Source: Candidatus Fiminaster equi (lineage in GTDB: Bacteria; Bacillota_I; Bacilli_A; RFN20; CAG-826). From it: DNA of 47,808 bases. A program made the translations under genes and the position numbers. The notes beneath the pieces were generated by a model. The model made no database searches, was not told where the DNA came from, and saw only the letters and a list, made by a program, of their open reading frames with translations. Positions 26,979 through 35,174 of this stretch are shown piece by piece. The stretch's first letter is position 1; every line of letters begins with the position of its first letter. The stretch spans positions 1 to 47,808 of the forward strand of contig JAGHUR010000004.1 of the NCBI GenBank assembly GCA_018064745.1, given 5' to 3'.

Positions 26979-26979
26979 T

Positions 26980-27525
26980 TTACTTATGTTTTTCTAACCA
27001 TTCATCTCTAAGAACAGCGTATTGATACGTATTCTCATAGATTGGGTTACCATTTTCGTCATCAATGAATGAGACAAAATCTTTAAATAATCCTTCGTTG
27101 CGCATTCCTAGTTTTTCAAGCAAGTGTTGAGATACTTTGTTGTAATCTTCAGTATATGCGTATAAACGATGTAGGTTTGTTTCCTTAAATAAATAATCAA
27201 TAAAGCCTAAAGCAGCTTCAAACATATAGCCGTGTCCTTGATACTTAGGATTAAGCATCCAGGCTAGGCCTAAAGTATTCCTTTCTTGAAGTTCATGATC
27301 TGTTGCAGATATCTCTCCTATTACTTTGTTTTCGCTTTTAAGCACAATAGCGAAATTTATTTCCGAAGATTTAACTCTGCGTTTAAGTTCTTTCTTTGCA
27401 TCTCTAACAGTTTCTAGCTTCATAGATTCAAAGCAATGTACTTCTGGTTTATGAAGATAATCAAAAACATCAAGGTAATCATCCTTCTTAAAAGGTCTTA
27501 ATATTAAGTTATCTAGTTCAACCAT
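26980..27525 (-). CDS. GNAT family N-acetyltransferase (RimJ/RimL-like)
   Basis: 181 aa. It begins LILRPFKKDDYLDVFDYL, as Acetyltransf_3 members do, and carries the core QGHGYMFEAALGFIDYLF. Confidence 0.8.
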   Translation of the reverse strand: MVELDNLILRPFKKDDYLDVFDYLHKPEVHCFESMKLETVRDAKKELKRRVKSSEINFAIVLKSENKVIGEISATDHELQERNTLGLAWMLNPKYQGHGYMFEAALGFIDYLFKETNLHRLYAYTEDYNKVSQHLLEKLGMRNEGLFKDFVSFIDDENGNPIYENTYQYAVLRDEWLEKHK

Positions 27526-27532
27526 ACCAAAA

Positions 27533-28399
27533 TTATAAAACTTCTAATCGTTTTTTGTATTCTGAATCATCAAAATTAAGTTGTTTTTTCTCCATATCAT
27601 ATATGTAAACGACAAGAACAGATGCTATAGCTTCCTTAGCTTTTTCTTCGCCTTTTTTAGACTTTAATCTTTCATAAACGTCTTTTACGTAAGGAAGAAT
27701 TTTAATTTGTTCATCAACAACATTTAAAATTGCATTTTTCAAACGCGAATTATAAAACTGTCCATTGTTGTCAAGAGAAAGACCGCTTTGTTTAATATAT
27801 TCCTTTTCGTTTTTAAGTACTTCATCTAAATTAAATTCGCATTCTTCGTTAAGCAATTCATTTTCGTCTTCAAGAATTAAAGGTTGGTCAAAATCGCTAT
27901 ACTTATCAACAGGAAAATTCCAAGGTTTATAAATTCCTTTTTCTGCATCTTCTCCATCAAAATTAGGATCAATATCGCCTTCAAACAAAGCATATAATGA
28001 GCAAATATTATCTTCCCAAATTCCTTGACCAGCCCCTTCTAACAAAATAATATTTTTATTAGATTTGTATTCAATTGATTTTCTATATTTTTTACAAGTA
28101 AAATCCCAACCATCCCCTGTATCATATTCAAAAACAAAATTGTCTGGCAAATCGCTTAAATGAAATTTTCTAATATAGTTATATCCCGGTAAAGGGTCTT
28201 CCATAAAAGGCGCCATAACATATTTTATTTTGCGATTGTTGCAAGTTATTAAAAAACAATGTTCAAAAGTAGCGCCTAACACCGTTCCGAACATAATAGA
28301 TAATTTAAATAGGTCTGGATTACCTTTAATTAAAACTACACGATAGAATCGATTTTTTGGTCCATATTTGAAATCTAATCTTATTTTTGTGTATTCCAT
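27533..28399 (-). CDS. pRiA4b ORF-3-like (MM3350-like) family protein
   Basis: 288 aa. The pattern FYRVVLIKGNP...FEHCFLI...FEYDTGDGWDF...LLEGAGQGIWED matches the family layout (YxYDFGDxWxH followed by a G-x-x-x-PPED-like block). Assigned from memory of the family. Confidence 0.6.
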   Translation of the reverse strand: MEYTKIRLDFKYGPKNRFYRVVLIKGNPDLFKLSIMFGTVLGATFEHCFLITCNNRKIKYVMAPFMEDPLPGYNYIRKFHLSDLPDNFVFEYDTGDGWDFTCKKYRKSIEYKSNKNIILLEGAGQGIWEDNICSLYALFEGDIDPNFDGEDAEKGIYKPWNFPVDKYSDFDQPLILEDENELLNEECEFNLDEVLKNEKEYIKQSGLSLDNNGQFYNSRLKNAILNVVDEQIKILPYVKDVYERLKSKKGEEKAKEAIASVLVVYIYDMEKKQLNFDDSEYKKRLEVL

Positions 28400-28414
28400 A
28401 TTTCTTACTCCATT

Positions 28415-29647
28415 TTATAAAGACTTAATTGGTACAGCATAAAAGCCTGATTTTAGCGAATAAGCTTTGTCGGTGTTACAAATAATACCACTTCCAGATA
28501 GCTCAAATGCTGTATTTTTTAATTGATCAAACGATTTTATATCAGAAGCATTATACATTACTCCGGATTTGCATTCTATTAGGTTTAATTTGCCATTGTG
28601 TTTAACTATCAGATCTATTTCGTGTTGGTTTGTGTCTCGATAATAATAAAACTTAGCACTCACACCATTGTTATTAAATGATTTTATTATTTCGTTAATT
28701 ATGTAAGTTTCAATAAATCTACCCGCAAATCTCGACTTTTTTAGCACTGTTGGATTAGATAAACCTGCTAGATATGCTGCAAGACCAGTATCATTGAAAA
28801 TTAATTTAGGTCTTTTAACAACGCGTTTTGTAACAGAATTTTCAAAATATGGTTGAAGAAGTGTAATTATATTTCCAGATACAAGAATAGAAATCCAAGA
28901 ATCTATTGTTTTAGACGTAACTCCAATTATTTTAGCAAGGTTATCAGAAACTAATTCTTCACCAGTTGAAGATGCAACAACCTCCATAAATCGTTGAAAT
29001 TGTAATTTGTCTTTTAGATTTATTAGTTGTGAAACATCTCTTTCGATATAACTCATGACATAATCTGAATAAAAGGATTCAATATCATCTATGTTTTTAT
29101 CAAATATTTCCGGATAAAAACCTCGAACAATATTGTTGTAAACATCTTCTAAATTATCTTTATTTTCGTCGGCATCCTTATTATTGATTTCCGAATTTAT
29201 TTCAAAAGGTATTTCTTTTCTGTTTTGAACTTCCCTATTACTAAGAGGAGACATAGTAATAAACGTAACTCTTCCAGCCAATGACTCTGTAACATTTTCC
29301 ATCAAATTATATGATTGACTGCCTGTAAGTACATACATTCCTTCGTTACTAAAACCTTCAAATTTACGTTTGTTTACTATTGATTCAATTTCTGTAAAAA
29401 GAGCAGGACATTTTTGAACTTCATCAATAATAAGTGGAAATTTGTGTTCAGCTAAAAAGGCTGCTGGATCATTGCTCGCTGTAGCTAAATCTTTAATATT
29501 GTCCAATGAAACATAGTTGAAATTCTCATTATCAACCAAGATTCTACATAGTGTAGACTTGCCAACTTGCCTTGAACCAGTAATAACAGTGACTGGCTTT
29601 GTTCTTATTTTTTTAAGAACTTCTTTATAAATAGTTCTTTCAATCAT
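28415..29647 (-). CDS. AAA-family ATPase with DUF4143-type C-terminal domain
   Basis: 410 aa with Walker A ITGSRQVGKST and Walker B-like PLIIDEVQ. The C-terminal region (HEIDLIV...LIECKSG) is restriction-endonuclease-like, as in AAA_14/DUF4143 proteins. Confidence 0.8.
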   Translation of the reverse strand: MIERTIYKEVLKKIRTKPVTVITGSRQVGKSTLCRILVDNENFNYVSLDNIKDLATASNDPAAFLAEHKFPLIIDEVQKCPALFTEIESIVNKRKFEGFSNEGMYVLTGSQSYNLMENVTESLAGRVTFITMSPLSNREVQNRKEIPFEINSEINNKDADENKDNLEDVYNNIVRGFYPEIFDKNIDDIESFYSDYVMSYIERDVSQLINLKDKLQFQRFMEVVASSTGEELVSDNLAKIIGVTSKTIDSWISILVSGNIITLLQPYFENSVTKRVVKRPKLIFNDTGLAAYLAGLSNPTVLKKSRFAGRFIETYIINEIIKSFNNNGVSAKFYYYRDTNQHEIDLIVKHNGKLNLIECKSGVMYNASDIKSFDQLKNTAFELSGSGIICNTDKAYSLKSGFYAVPIKSL

Positions 29648-29840
29648 ATGAAATTCCTCAATAATATTATATTAAGTATTTTTTGGAGTGCAAGTACAAA
29701 TTTTACTAATTTTTATGTTTCAGTAAAGAAAACGGCTGTTTTTAATTTTTATATTAGTGCCTCTTAGATAATTCTAACGACAATTAATATTTTTGCACAC
29801 AGGTATTAAAAAACAACCAATTAAGGTTGTAATTCACTAT

Positions 29841-29916
29841 TGGTAGCTGAGGACGGATTTGAACCGCCGACACGCCGGGTATGAGCCGACTGCTCTAACC
29901 AACTGAGCTACTCAGC
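29841..29916 (-). tRNA. tRNA-Met (CAU), canonical, CCA encoded
   Basis: Reverse complement GCTGAGTAGCTCAGTTGGTTAGAGCAGTCGGCTCATACCCGGCGTGTCGGCGGTTCAAATCCGTCCTCAGCTACCA, with anticodon loop CTCATAC. An Ile2 (lysidine) identity cannot be excluded by eye. Confidence 0.88.
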
Positions 29917-29922
29917 CATAAA

Positions 29923-29998
29923 TGGTGGATCTGAAGAGGATCGAACTCTCTACCTCCTGAATGCAAATCAGGCGCTCTCCCAGATGAGCTACAGACCC
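29923..29998 (-). tRNA. tRNA-Ala (UGC), CCA encoded
   Basis: Reverse complement GGGTCTGTAGCTCATCTGGGAGAGCGCCTGATTTGCATTCAGGAGGTAGAGAGTTCGATCCTCTTCAGATCCACCA. The G3:U70 identity pair is present and the anticodon loop is TTTGCAT. Confidence 0.93.
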
Positions 29999-30080
29999 AC
30001 GTGGCTTATAAGCTTTTATCGGCTTACAAGTTTAGTATTATACATAGTTAATACTCAATTAACAACAAAAATATTTATTT

Positions 30081-30506
30081 TCAGCTTATTTTCATTGCCT
30101 CATATAGTGTGTGAAATTCTTTCGGAGAATAAATAACACTTTTTGCTTTGGTGAAATGTTTTGAATTTCTAGTAATTAAACCATCGCAGCAATAAAGTTT
30201 TGCACTATCATCAATTGAGGCATCCTCTATATCAGTGAAATCACTTTTAAAACCATTTAACAAATTAAATTTATCATAAGGTACAACAACAAAAAGTTCG
30301 CAAATAATTGAGCATATTTCTAGTGCTATTTTTTTATCTAGCATTTTTGATGCTACATAATAAATATCACTTAATTGTTTAGCATTGATATAACCCTTTA
30401 TAAGATTATGTTCAACTAACCTATAACAATAAATGGAAAATTCACTTTCTTTATCCCTATTAGAAAAAACATCAATTAATATATTTGTATCAAAAAAGAG
30501 TTTCAT
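30081..30506 (-). CDS. PIN-domain toxin (VapC-like)
   Basis: 141 aa beginning MKLFFDTNILIDVF, the first PIN acidic motif. Further conserved acidic residues are present. Its ATG overlaps the antitoxin stop (TAATG). Confidence 0.82.
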   Translation of the reverse strand: MKLFFDTNILIDVFSNRDKESEFSIYCYRLVEHNLIKGYINAKQLSDIYYVASKMLDKKIALEICSIICELFVVVPYDKFNLLNGFKSDFTDIEDASIDDSAKLYCCDGLITRNSKHFTKAKSVIYSPKEFHTLYEAMKIS

Positions 30507-30715
30507 TATTTATAGCGATCCTTCCATGCATCAAAAGGAACATTGTCTGGTAAACAACCAATTAATGATTCTGCTCTTCTAATAATGGAGTCTCTTGGAG
30601 GGTTGATTTCAAAAATTACCTTTCCGTGGCTTGTTACTTTAATTGTTTCTTTTTGGGCTAACTTAGCGTACTTTCCAAAGTTGGTTTTAAATTCGGTTGC
30701 TGTTATAGTGCACAT
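30506..30715 (-). CDS. Type II antitoxin (Phd/YefM-like)
   Basis: I prefer the ATG at 30715 (MCTITATEFKTNFGKYAKLAQKETIKVTSHGKVIFEI...), which is preceded by the SD aaaggtgg. The GTG at 30781 in the ORF track adds 22 poorly supported residues. Confidence 0.7.
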   Translation of the reverse strand: MCTITATEFKTNFGKYAKLAQKETIKVTSHGKVIFEINPPRDSIIRRAESLIGCLPDNVPFDAWKDRYK

Positions 30716-30746
30716 AGTGAATCCACCTTTCGCACTATTAATTATA

Positions 30747-30779
30747 AAGAAAATATGCGAATTGCTCAACACAAATCGC
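30747..30779 (-). terminator. Probable terminator of the riboswitch-1 operon
   Basis: Minus-strand GCGATTTG-N7-CAATTCGC (7 of 8 bp paired) followed by ATATTTTCTTT, 36 nt after the stop at 30815. Confidence 0.45.
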
Positions 30780-30814
30780 ACATTTTTCTAAGATACATTA
30801 CTCCACCTTAAACG

Positions 30815-33800
30815 TCAGGGCGAGTAATGATATTCATTAACTTCAAGGTTATGACCTTCACCATCGTCCAGCTTCACATTATTAACGTAAACACTGTAAT
30901 TATCAATTTCATAATTAAATATGTTAATTGTTATTGCAGCACTTGCAGAGAATGTAATGTAGTAAATACTATCATTCTTATTAAAATACACTTTAATTGA
31001 GTAATTTAATTCTGCCGGTGCATCAAAATAGAAGTTAAGAATTGTATCTGTGATTGTATCATTAGCATCTCTATAGCCAACTGGACCGAAAGAACCGCCA
31101 GAACCTTCATGGGCTTTATATGAGAACTTAACATCAGTAATGTATGTTCCGTTAGTTGAAGATCTTGAGGATGAACCTAAAACAATAACATAGGTAGCAA
31201 TGTTGCTAACTCTGTCTTTATTAAGTACATAGGAACCACTTGGATCCTTTTCATATGTACCATATGGATTTTGATCATATTGAGTTGTTCCTGGATTATA
31301 AGTAACGTGTCTATATCTTTCTTCTGCTGGCTCAGTTGTTGCAGCTTTAAAGAAACCATAACCTGGGTTACCGTTTAAATCATAAATACCAAGCATTCTG
31401 CCTTGTCTATCTAAGCATACATAGGATGTTTTTCTTGCACCACTTTCGGTGATATCACCATCAAATGTAGAGACAAAGTTAACATATTGTTCGCCTTCTT
31501 CGATTCTACCTAAAGTTTCAACGTTAACAAAGTTACCATTGCCTTTCTTGAAGGATGGACGAGTAACATTAATTAAGGTTCTACCTTGAATATTCATGTT
31601 AGCGTATGTAAACTCAACGTGGCCAAGTTGACTATCAATATTATCAAGACCGTTACCAGAGTTATTGACATACATAACAATTGAACCTGGGCAGTACTTA
31701 GTTGCATAGAATTGACTCATTGCGTCAAGGTCAGACATTTCTGGAAGTTCAACAATGTTTGTATTTTGAGTTTCAGGTGGAAGCGTGATAACTTCAAGGT
31801 TTACTGGTATGAATAAAATTGTACCAAGATAATAGAAGGTAACATTACCACCAACAATATCGATATTCTTAAACTTATAATTATTATCAATCAACGATTG
31901 AGCATCAGAAAGGTATACTGGATCTTTAGAATAGTCAGGAGATCTTGTTGGATTATCGGCTGCTATCCAAACTTTCCTTGAGACTTCATGAGGATTGCCT
32001 TGATCATCATATTCAATATCAGTCACTGTTTCTCTAGTAAAACTTTCAATTGATGATTCTTTTAACAATGCAGTTGAACCATCAGAACGTTTTGTGCCAG
32101 TTAAAGTTATTTCATAGGAATTTGGGTTAACGTATTGTGGTACTTTTCCATCCCATTTATTTGAATCGATCTCAATAGTTGGACTTTGATCAGCAACCGT
32201 ACAGTTTCCACCATCATATTTTGCACCAGCAAAAGACATTGTTCCTCTAATATAATCATCAACATCAAATACAAACGTACCTTGTCTAACAGTCCAGTTT
32301 TTTCTATTTGCTCCACTCATAGTCACTGATGTACCGGAACTTGTTTGATTACTACCATCAATGCCTTTTGTTTTAGCATTATCTGCAATATAGGCAAATC
32401 TCATAGCATTGTTCTTTGTAGCAAAAGCTAAGAAGAAGGCATAATAATGGGTTCCACGTTGTAATTTATGAGTAAATGATGTTTTAGTTAAAGAAATGTT
32501 ATACAGCCTATATTTGTAGTTAAATACCGATCCGGTACGTTGAATGCTATTATTAACAGGTTCATCATAAACTTTTACGCCATCAATATAGAAATATGCT
32601 CTGGCACTATACATAGAAGGGCTACTATCACCGCCAGATTCGCCGACAGAGAATTCGCTAATAGTGCTTAAATTAAATGTAATATCTTTTTCAGCAACAT
32701 AGCTTGTACTATCGTTTTCAGAATGTTGATAATACCATTGTTGTCCACTTGAATCATATCTAAAGAAATCACCAGTAGCAGATTGATTTGCTAAAGCAGG
32801 TGCATTTTTATTTGTTGTTACATTATCAGGATTACTCCATCTTGAATCAGTTGAAGATACTTCGAATTCACTACGAATACCACCAGTTAATGGTTGATAA
32901 CCAACAGTTGAAAGCGAATAGGTTCTATCAGCATATTCTTGTGTGGTTGTACCATTTAAACGATATGTGTTGCCATTGACACGTGTAATAGCCTCACTAA
33001 CTGGATGTGATGCCTCATTGTTTGCCCAATCTGGTTCACCTTCAATTGGGAAATCATAATCGGTATAATGTCTTCCCATATCATCAGAATCTAGACCAAC
33101 ACGAGCTCTTAATGGGTTATCACGAACATTTGCATAGTCTTCATTAATAGCGTCATAAATTTTTTTAGCACTTAAATCAAATGAATAGTTATCACCAGCA
33201 TGTCTTTGACCACCCGTATGGTCGTATTCAACCTTACCATAGTAGCCATATGTATCCACTGTTCTATCTTTTGCGGTTTTACCATCAATAGTACAGTTAT
33301 TAACGTAAACGTTATTTATATCGGTAGCACGAACAACGTGGCCCGCAATATAGCCAACGTGTGCATTTTCAGAGTGAACTCTAGTTTCTGGTGATCCGTG
33401 CGCATCAGTAGCGGTTGCACCTTTAGTGTTAACTTTAAAATCACTAAAGTAGGCATTATCAATCTTTGCGCCTACGCCTTCACTAGTTTCACCAACGAAA
33501 CCAAAAATACCAATATCGTGATGTCCACTACCATCGATTTCAAAATTTGTGATAGTTAAATTATTACCATTTAAGTTTCCAATGAAAGGTTTTTCTTCGT
33601 TGCCAATTGGTTCAAAGACATCACCACCAAGGTTTAATGTAGTAGCGTTTGTAACATCAAAATCAACAGCACCATTTTCATCAGTGCCATAAAAATATCT
33701 AGTTGTGCCACCATTTAAAGGATAACCAAATTCAAAATAGTATCCAGCTTCAGCAAAACCATCCATAGAATAGTGAAGCTTTGCAAAGTTTTCATAGTGC

Positions 33801-34003
33801 CATGGAGTGGTAATTGTAAATGGGTCTGCTTGTGTACCAGTTCCAGAATGGAAATAACCACGTAAAACGGCACCACCTAGGATATCAACAACACCAATTG
33901 AGTTTCTACCACCGAACCAAGCAACGGTTGCTAAAGATAAACCTGATACAAGAAGACCAAGAGTAGAAGCAAATAATACGATTTTCTTCTTACTTATTTT
34001 CAT
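30815..34003 (-). CDS. 1062-aa secreted adhesin-like protein with SipW/TasA-type N-terminal signal and probable beta-helix start
   Basis: The N-terminus is MKISKKKIVLFASTLGLLVSGLSLATVAWFGGRNSIG. It is followed by GTGTQADPFTITTPWHYENF, the usual opening of right-handed beta-helix adhesins. Its ATG overlaps the upstream stop (ATGA). Confidence 0.8.
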   Translation of the reverse strand: MKISKKKIVLFASTLGLLVSGLSLATVAWFGGRNSIGVVDILGGAVLRGYFHSGTGTQADPFTITTPWHYENFAKLHYSMDGFAEAGYYFEFGYPLNGGTTRYFYGTDENGAVDFDVTNATTLNLGGDVFEPIGNEEKPFIGNLNGNNLTITNFEIDGSGHHDIGIFGFVGETSEGVGAKIDNAYFSDFKVNTKGATATDAHGSPETRVHSENAHVGYIAGHVVRATDINNVYVNNCTIDGKTAKDRTVDTYGYYGKVEYDHTGGQRHAGDNYSFDLSAKKIYDAINEDYANVRDNPLRARVGLDSDDMGRHYTDYDFPIEGEPDWANNEASHPVSEAITRVNGNTYRLNGTTTQEYADRTYSLSTVGYQPLTGGIRSEFEVSSTDSRWSNPDNVTTNKNAPALANQSATGDFFRYDSSGQQWYYQHSENDSTSYVAEKDITFNLSTISEFSVGESGGDSSPSMYSARAYFYIDGVKVYDEPVNNSIQRTGSVFNYKYRLYNISLTKTSFTHKLQRGTHYYAFFLAFATKNNAMRFAYIADNAKTKGIDGSNQTSSGTSVTMSGANRKNWTVRQGTFVFDVDDYIRGTMSFAGAKYDGGNCTVADQSPTIEIDSNKWDGKVPQYVNPNSYEITLTGTKRSDGSTALLKESSIESFTRETVTDIEYDDQGNPHEVSRKVWIAADNPTRSPDYSKDPVYLSDAQSLIDNNYKFKNIDIVGGNVTFYYLGTILFIPVNLEVITLPPETQNTNIVELPEMSDLDAMSQFYATKYCPGSIVMYVNNSGNGLDNIDSQLGHVEFTYANMNIQGRTLINVTRPSFKKGNGNFVNVETLGRIEEGEQYVNFVSTFDGDITESGARKTSYVCLDRQGRMLGIYDLNGNPGYGFFKAATTEPAEERYRHVTYNPGTTQYDQNPYGTYEKDPSGSYVLNKDRVSNIATYVIVLGSSSRSSTNGTYITDVKFSYKAHEGSGGSFGPVGYRDANDTITDTILNFYFDAPAELNYSIKVYFNKNDSIYYITFSASAAITINIFNYEIDNYSVYVNNVKLDDGEGHNLEVNEYHYSP

Positions 34004-34899
34004 TCTACAATACCCTCAGATGAAACAGTAATCTTTTGAATATCCTTTTGGAAGGCAATTCTACTAGACATCATTCCAATATCTTGTGCACCAACAATTT
34101 CGGTGTTATTTAAGAAAGAATCAACTAAATCGGTGTTATAGTTATATTCAACGTATAAGACAACACTACTTGCTCTAGAATCTACTTGTTCTAGGTCAAA
34201 TTGTAATTTATTGTTCTTTGAACCACTTGAAACAAATGTTGCTTCTGATGTTCTTTCAATGAACTCATTAGTAGCATCTCTATATGTAGTAGCTGGAGTT
34301 GATTCATCAATTACAATTGAATCGTCATAAAGATGTGTTACGCCATCCAAAACATATGAATAAACGAAACCTTTAAAATAAATAATGTTTGAAATATTGT
34401 TACAAATATAATTTTGATCTTTTGAAGCATTGTGATACTTGTAACCTTGTTCATCAATAAAAGTTCTTGAAACACTGTCAGTGAATCCACCATAAAAGTT
34501 ATCTCCAATAGTTGTTGGATTCAATAAAGAAGAGACTCTAAGATTTCTTAAACCTTCAGAAGTTGAAGGGTGTGGTAAAGCAACATTAAAACGAATAATA
34601 TTGTTGTTATTAACGTTTCTTTCACGAATAAAGTTATCGAAGTCATTTAATTGAAGATTGAATTCTGTAGTGCCTTCAACAAATTCAACGCCTTCCTTCT
34701 TATCGAAGTCATATTTATAAAGCTTAAAGTTAATATCAATTAAGTTTGTATCAACTTCAACTCTCATATCCATTCCTGTTGCTGTTGTTTTTTTATTTGC
34801 TGAGAACCATGCAAAAGAAGATACGGCTAAACCAATCAGAGTCGAGAAGAATCCGATTGAGATAACTGTTGATACAATTTTTGCTTTAAGTGATTTCAT
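34000..34899 (-). CDS. 299-aa protein with SipW-cognate (TasA/camelysin-type) signal peptide
   Basis: The N-terminus is MKSLKAKIVSTVISIGFFSTLIGLAVSSFAWFSANKKTTATGMDMRV. The AWFSANK.TTATGM block is shared with the 255-aa protein at 45129-45896. Confidence 0.78.
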   Translation of the reverse strand: MKSLKAKIVSTVISIGFFSTLIGLAVSSFAWFSANKKTTATGMDMRVEVDTNLIDINFKLYKYDFDKKEGVEFVEGTTEFNLQLNDFDNFIRERNVNNNNIIRFNVALPHPSTSEGLRNLRVSSLLNPTTIGDNFYGGFTDSVSRTFIDEQGYKYHNASKDQNYICNNISNIIYFKGFVYSYVLDGVTHLYDDSIVIDESTPATTYRDATNEFIERTSEATFVSSGSKNNKLQFDLEQVDSRASSVVLYVEYNYNTDLVDSFLNNTEIVGAQDIGMMSSRIAFQKDIQKITVSSEGIVE

Positions 34900-34910
34900 G
34901 ATAATAAATT

Positions 34911-34940
34911 AAAAAGCCAACTGCATTTTAGGCAGCTGGC
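34911..34940 (-). terminator. Expression-platform terminator of riboswitch 1
   Basis: RNA is GCCAGCUGC-CUAAAAU-GCAGUUGGC followed by UUUUU. The 5' arm is the conserved 3' end of the aptamer. Confidence 0.7.
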
Positions 34941-34995
34941 TATCTCATCGAGACCCTATAGTTTTGCGTCCCTACATTACTGTAGGTTTGCTTTT
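34931..34995 (-). promoter_or_regulatory. GEMM-I (c-di-GMP-I) riboswitch aptamer, copy 1
   Basis: Minus-strand RNA is AAAAGCAAACCUACAGUAAUGUAGGGACGCAAAACUAUAGGGUCUCGAUGAGAUAGCCAGCUGCC. This matches the GEMM-I layout: GCAAAnC, a hairpin with a GNRA-like loop, (G)GACGCAAA(G/A)C, a second hairpin, then AGCC..G.UGC. Confidence 0.85.
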
Positions 34996-35005
34996 AACTG
35001 TCTAT

Positions 35006-35034
35006 ATAATACACACATACGTAAAATAATGCAA
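35006..35034 (-). promoter_or_regulatory. Sigma-A-like promoter driving riboswitch 1
   Basis: -35 TTGCAT (35029-35034), 17-nt spacer, -10 TATTAT (35006-35011). The predicted start lies a few nt before the aptamer. Confidence 0.6.
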
Positions 35035-35142
35035 ACATTTATTTTATAAATAGGTGCTAAAAAACTCTTTAGTGCCCATACGTATCGAGTAAACGCGCAA
35101 AATAAAAAATAATCAAAATTTCTTATTTCTTGCTAAAGCTAG

Positions 35143-35174
35143 AAAAAAGGACCACCGATTATAGGTTGTGGTCC
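35143..35174 (-). terminator. Terminator of the riboswitch-2 operon
   Basis: GGACCAC-N12-GTGGTCC followed by UUUUUU. The 5' arm lies within the last codons of the EAL gene. Confidence 0.8.
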
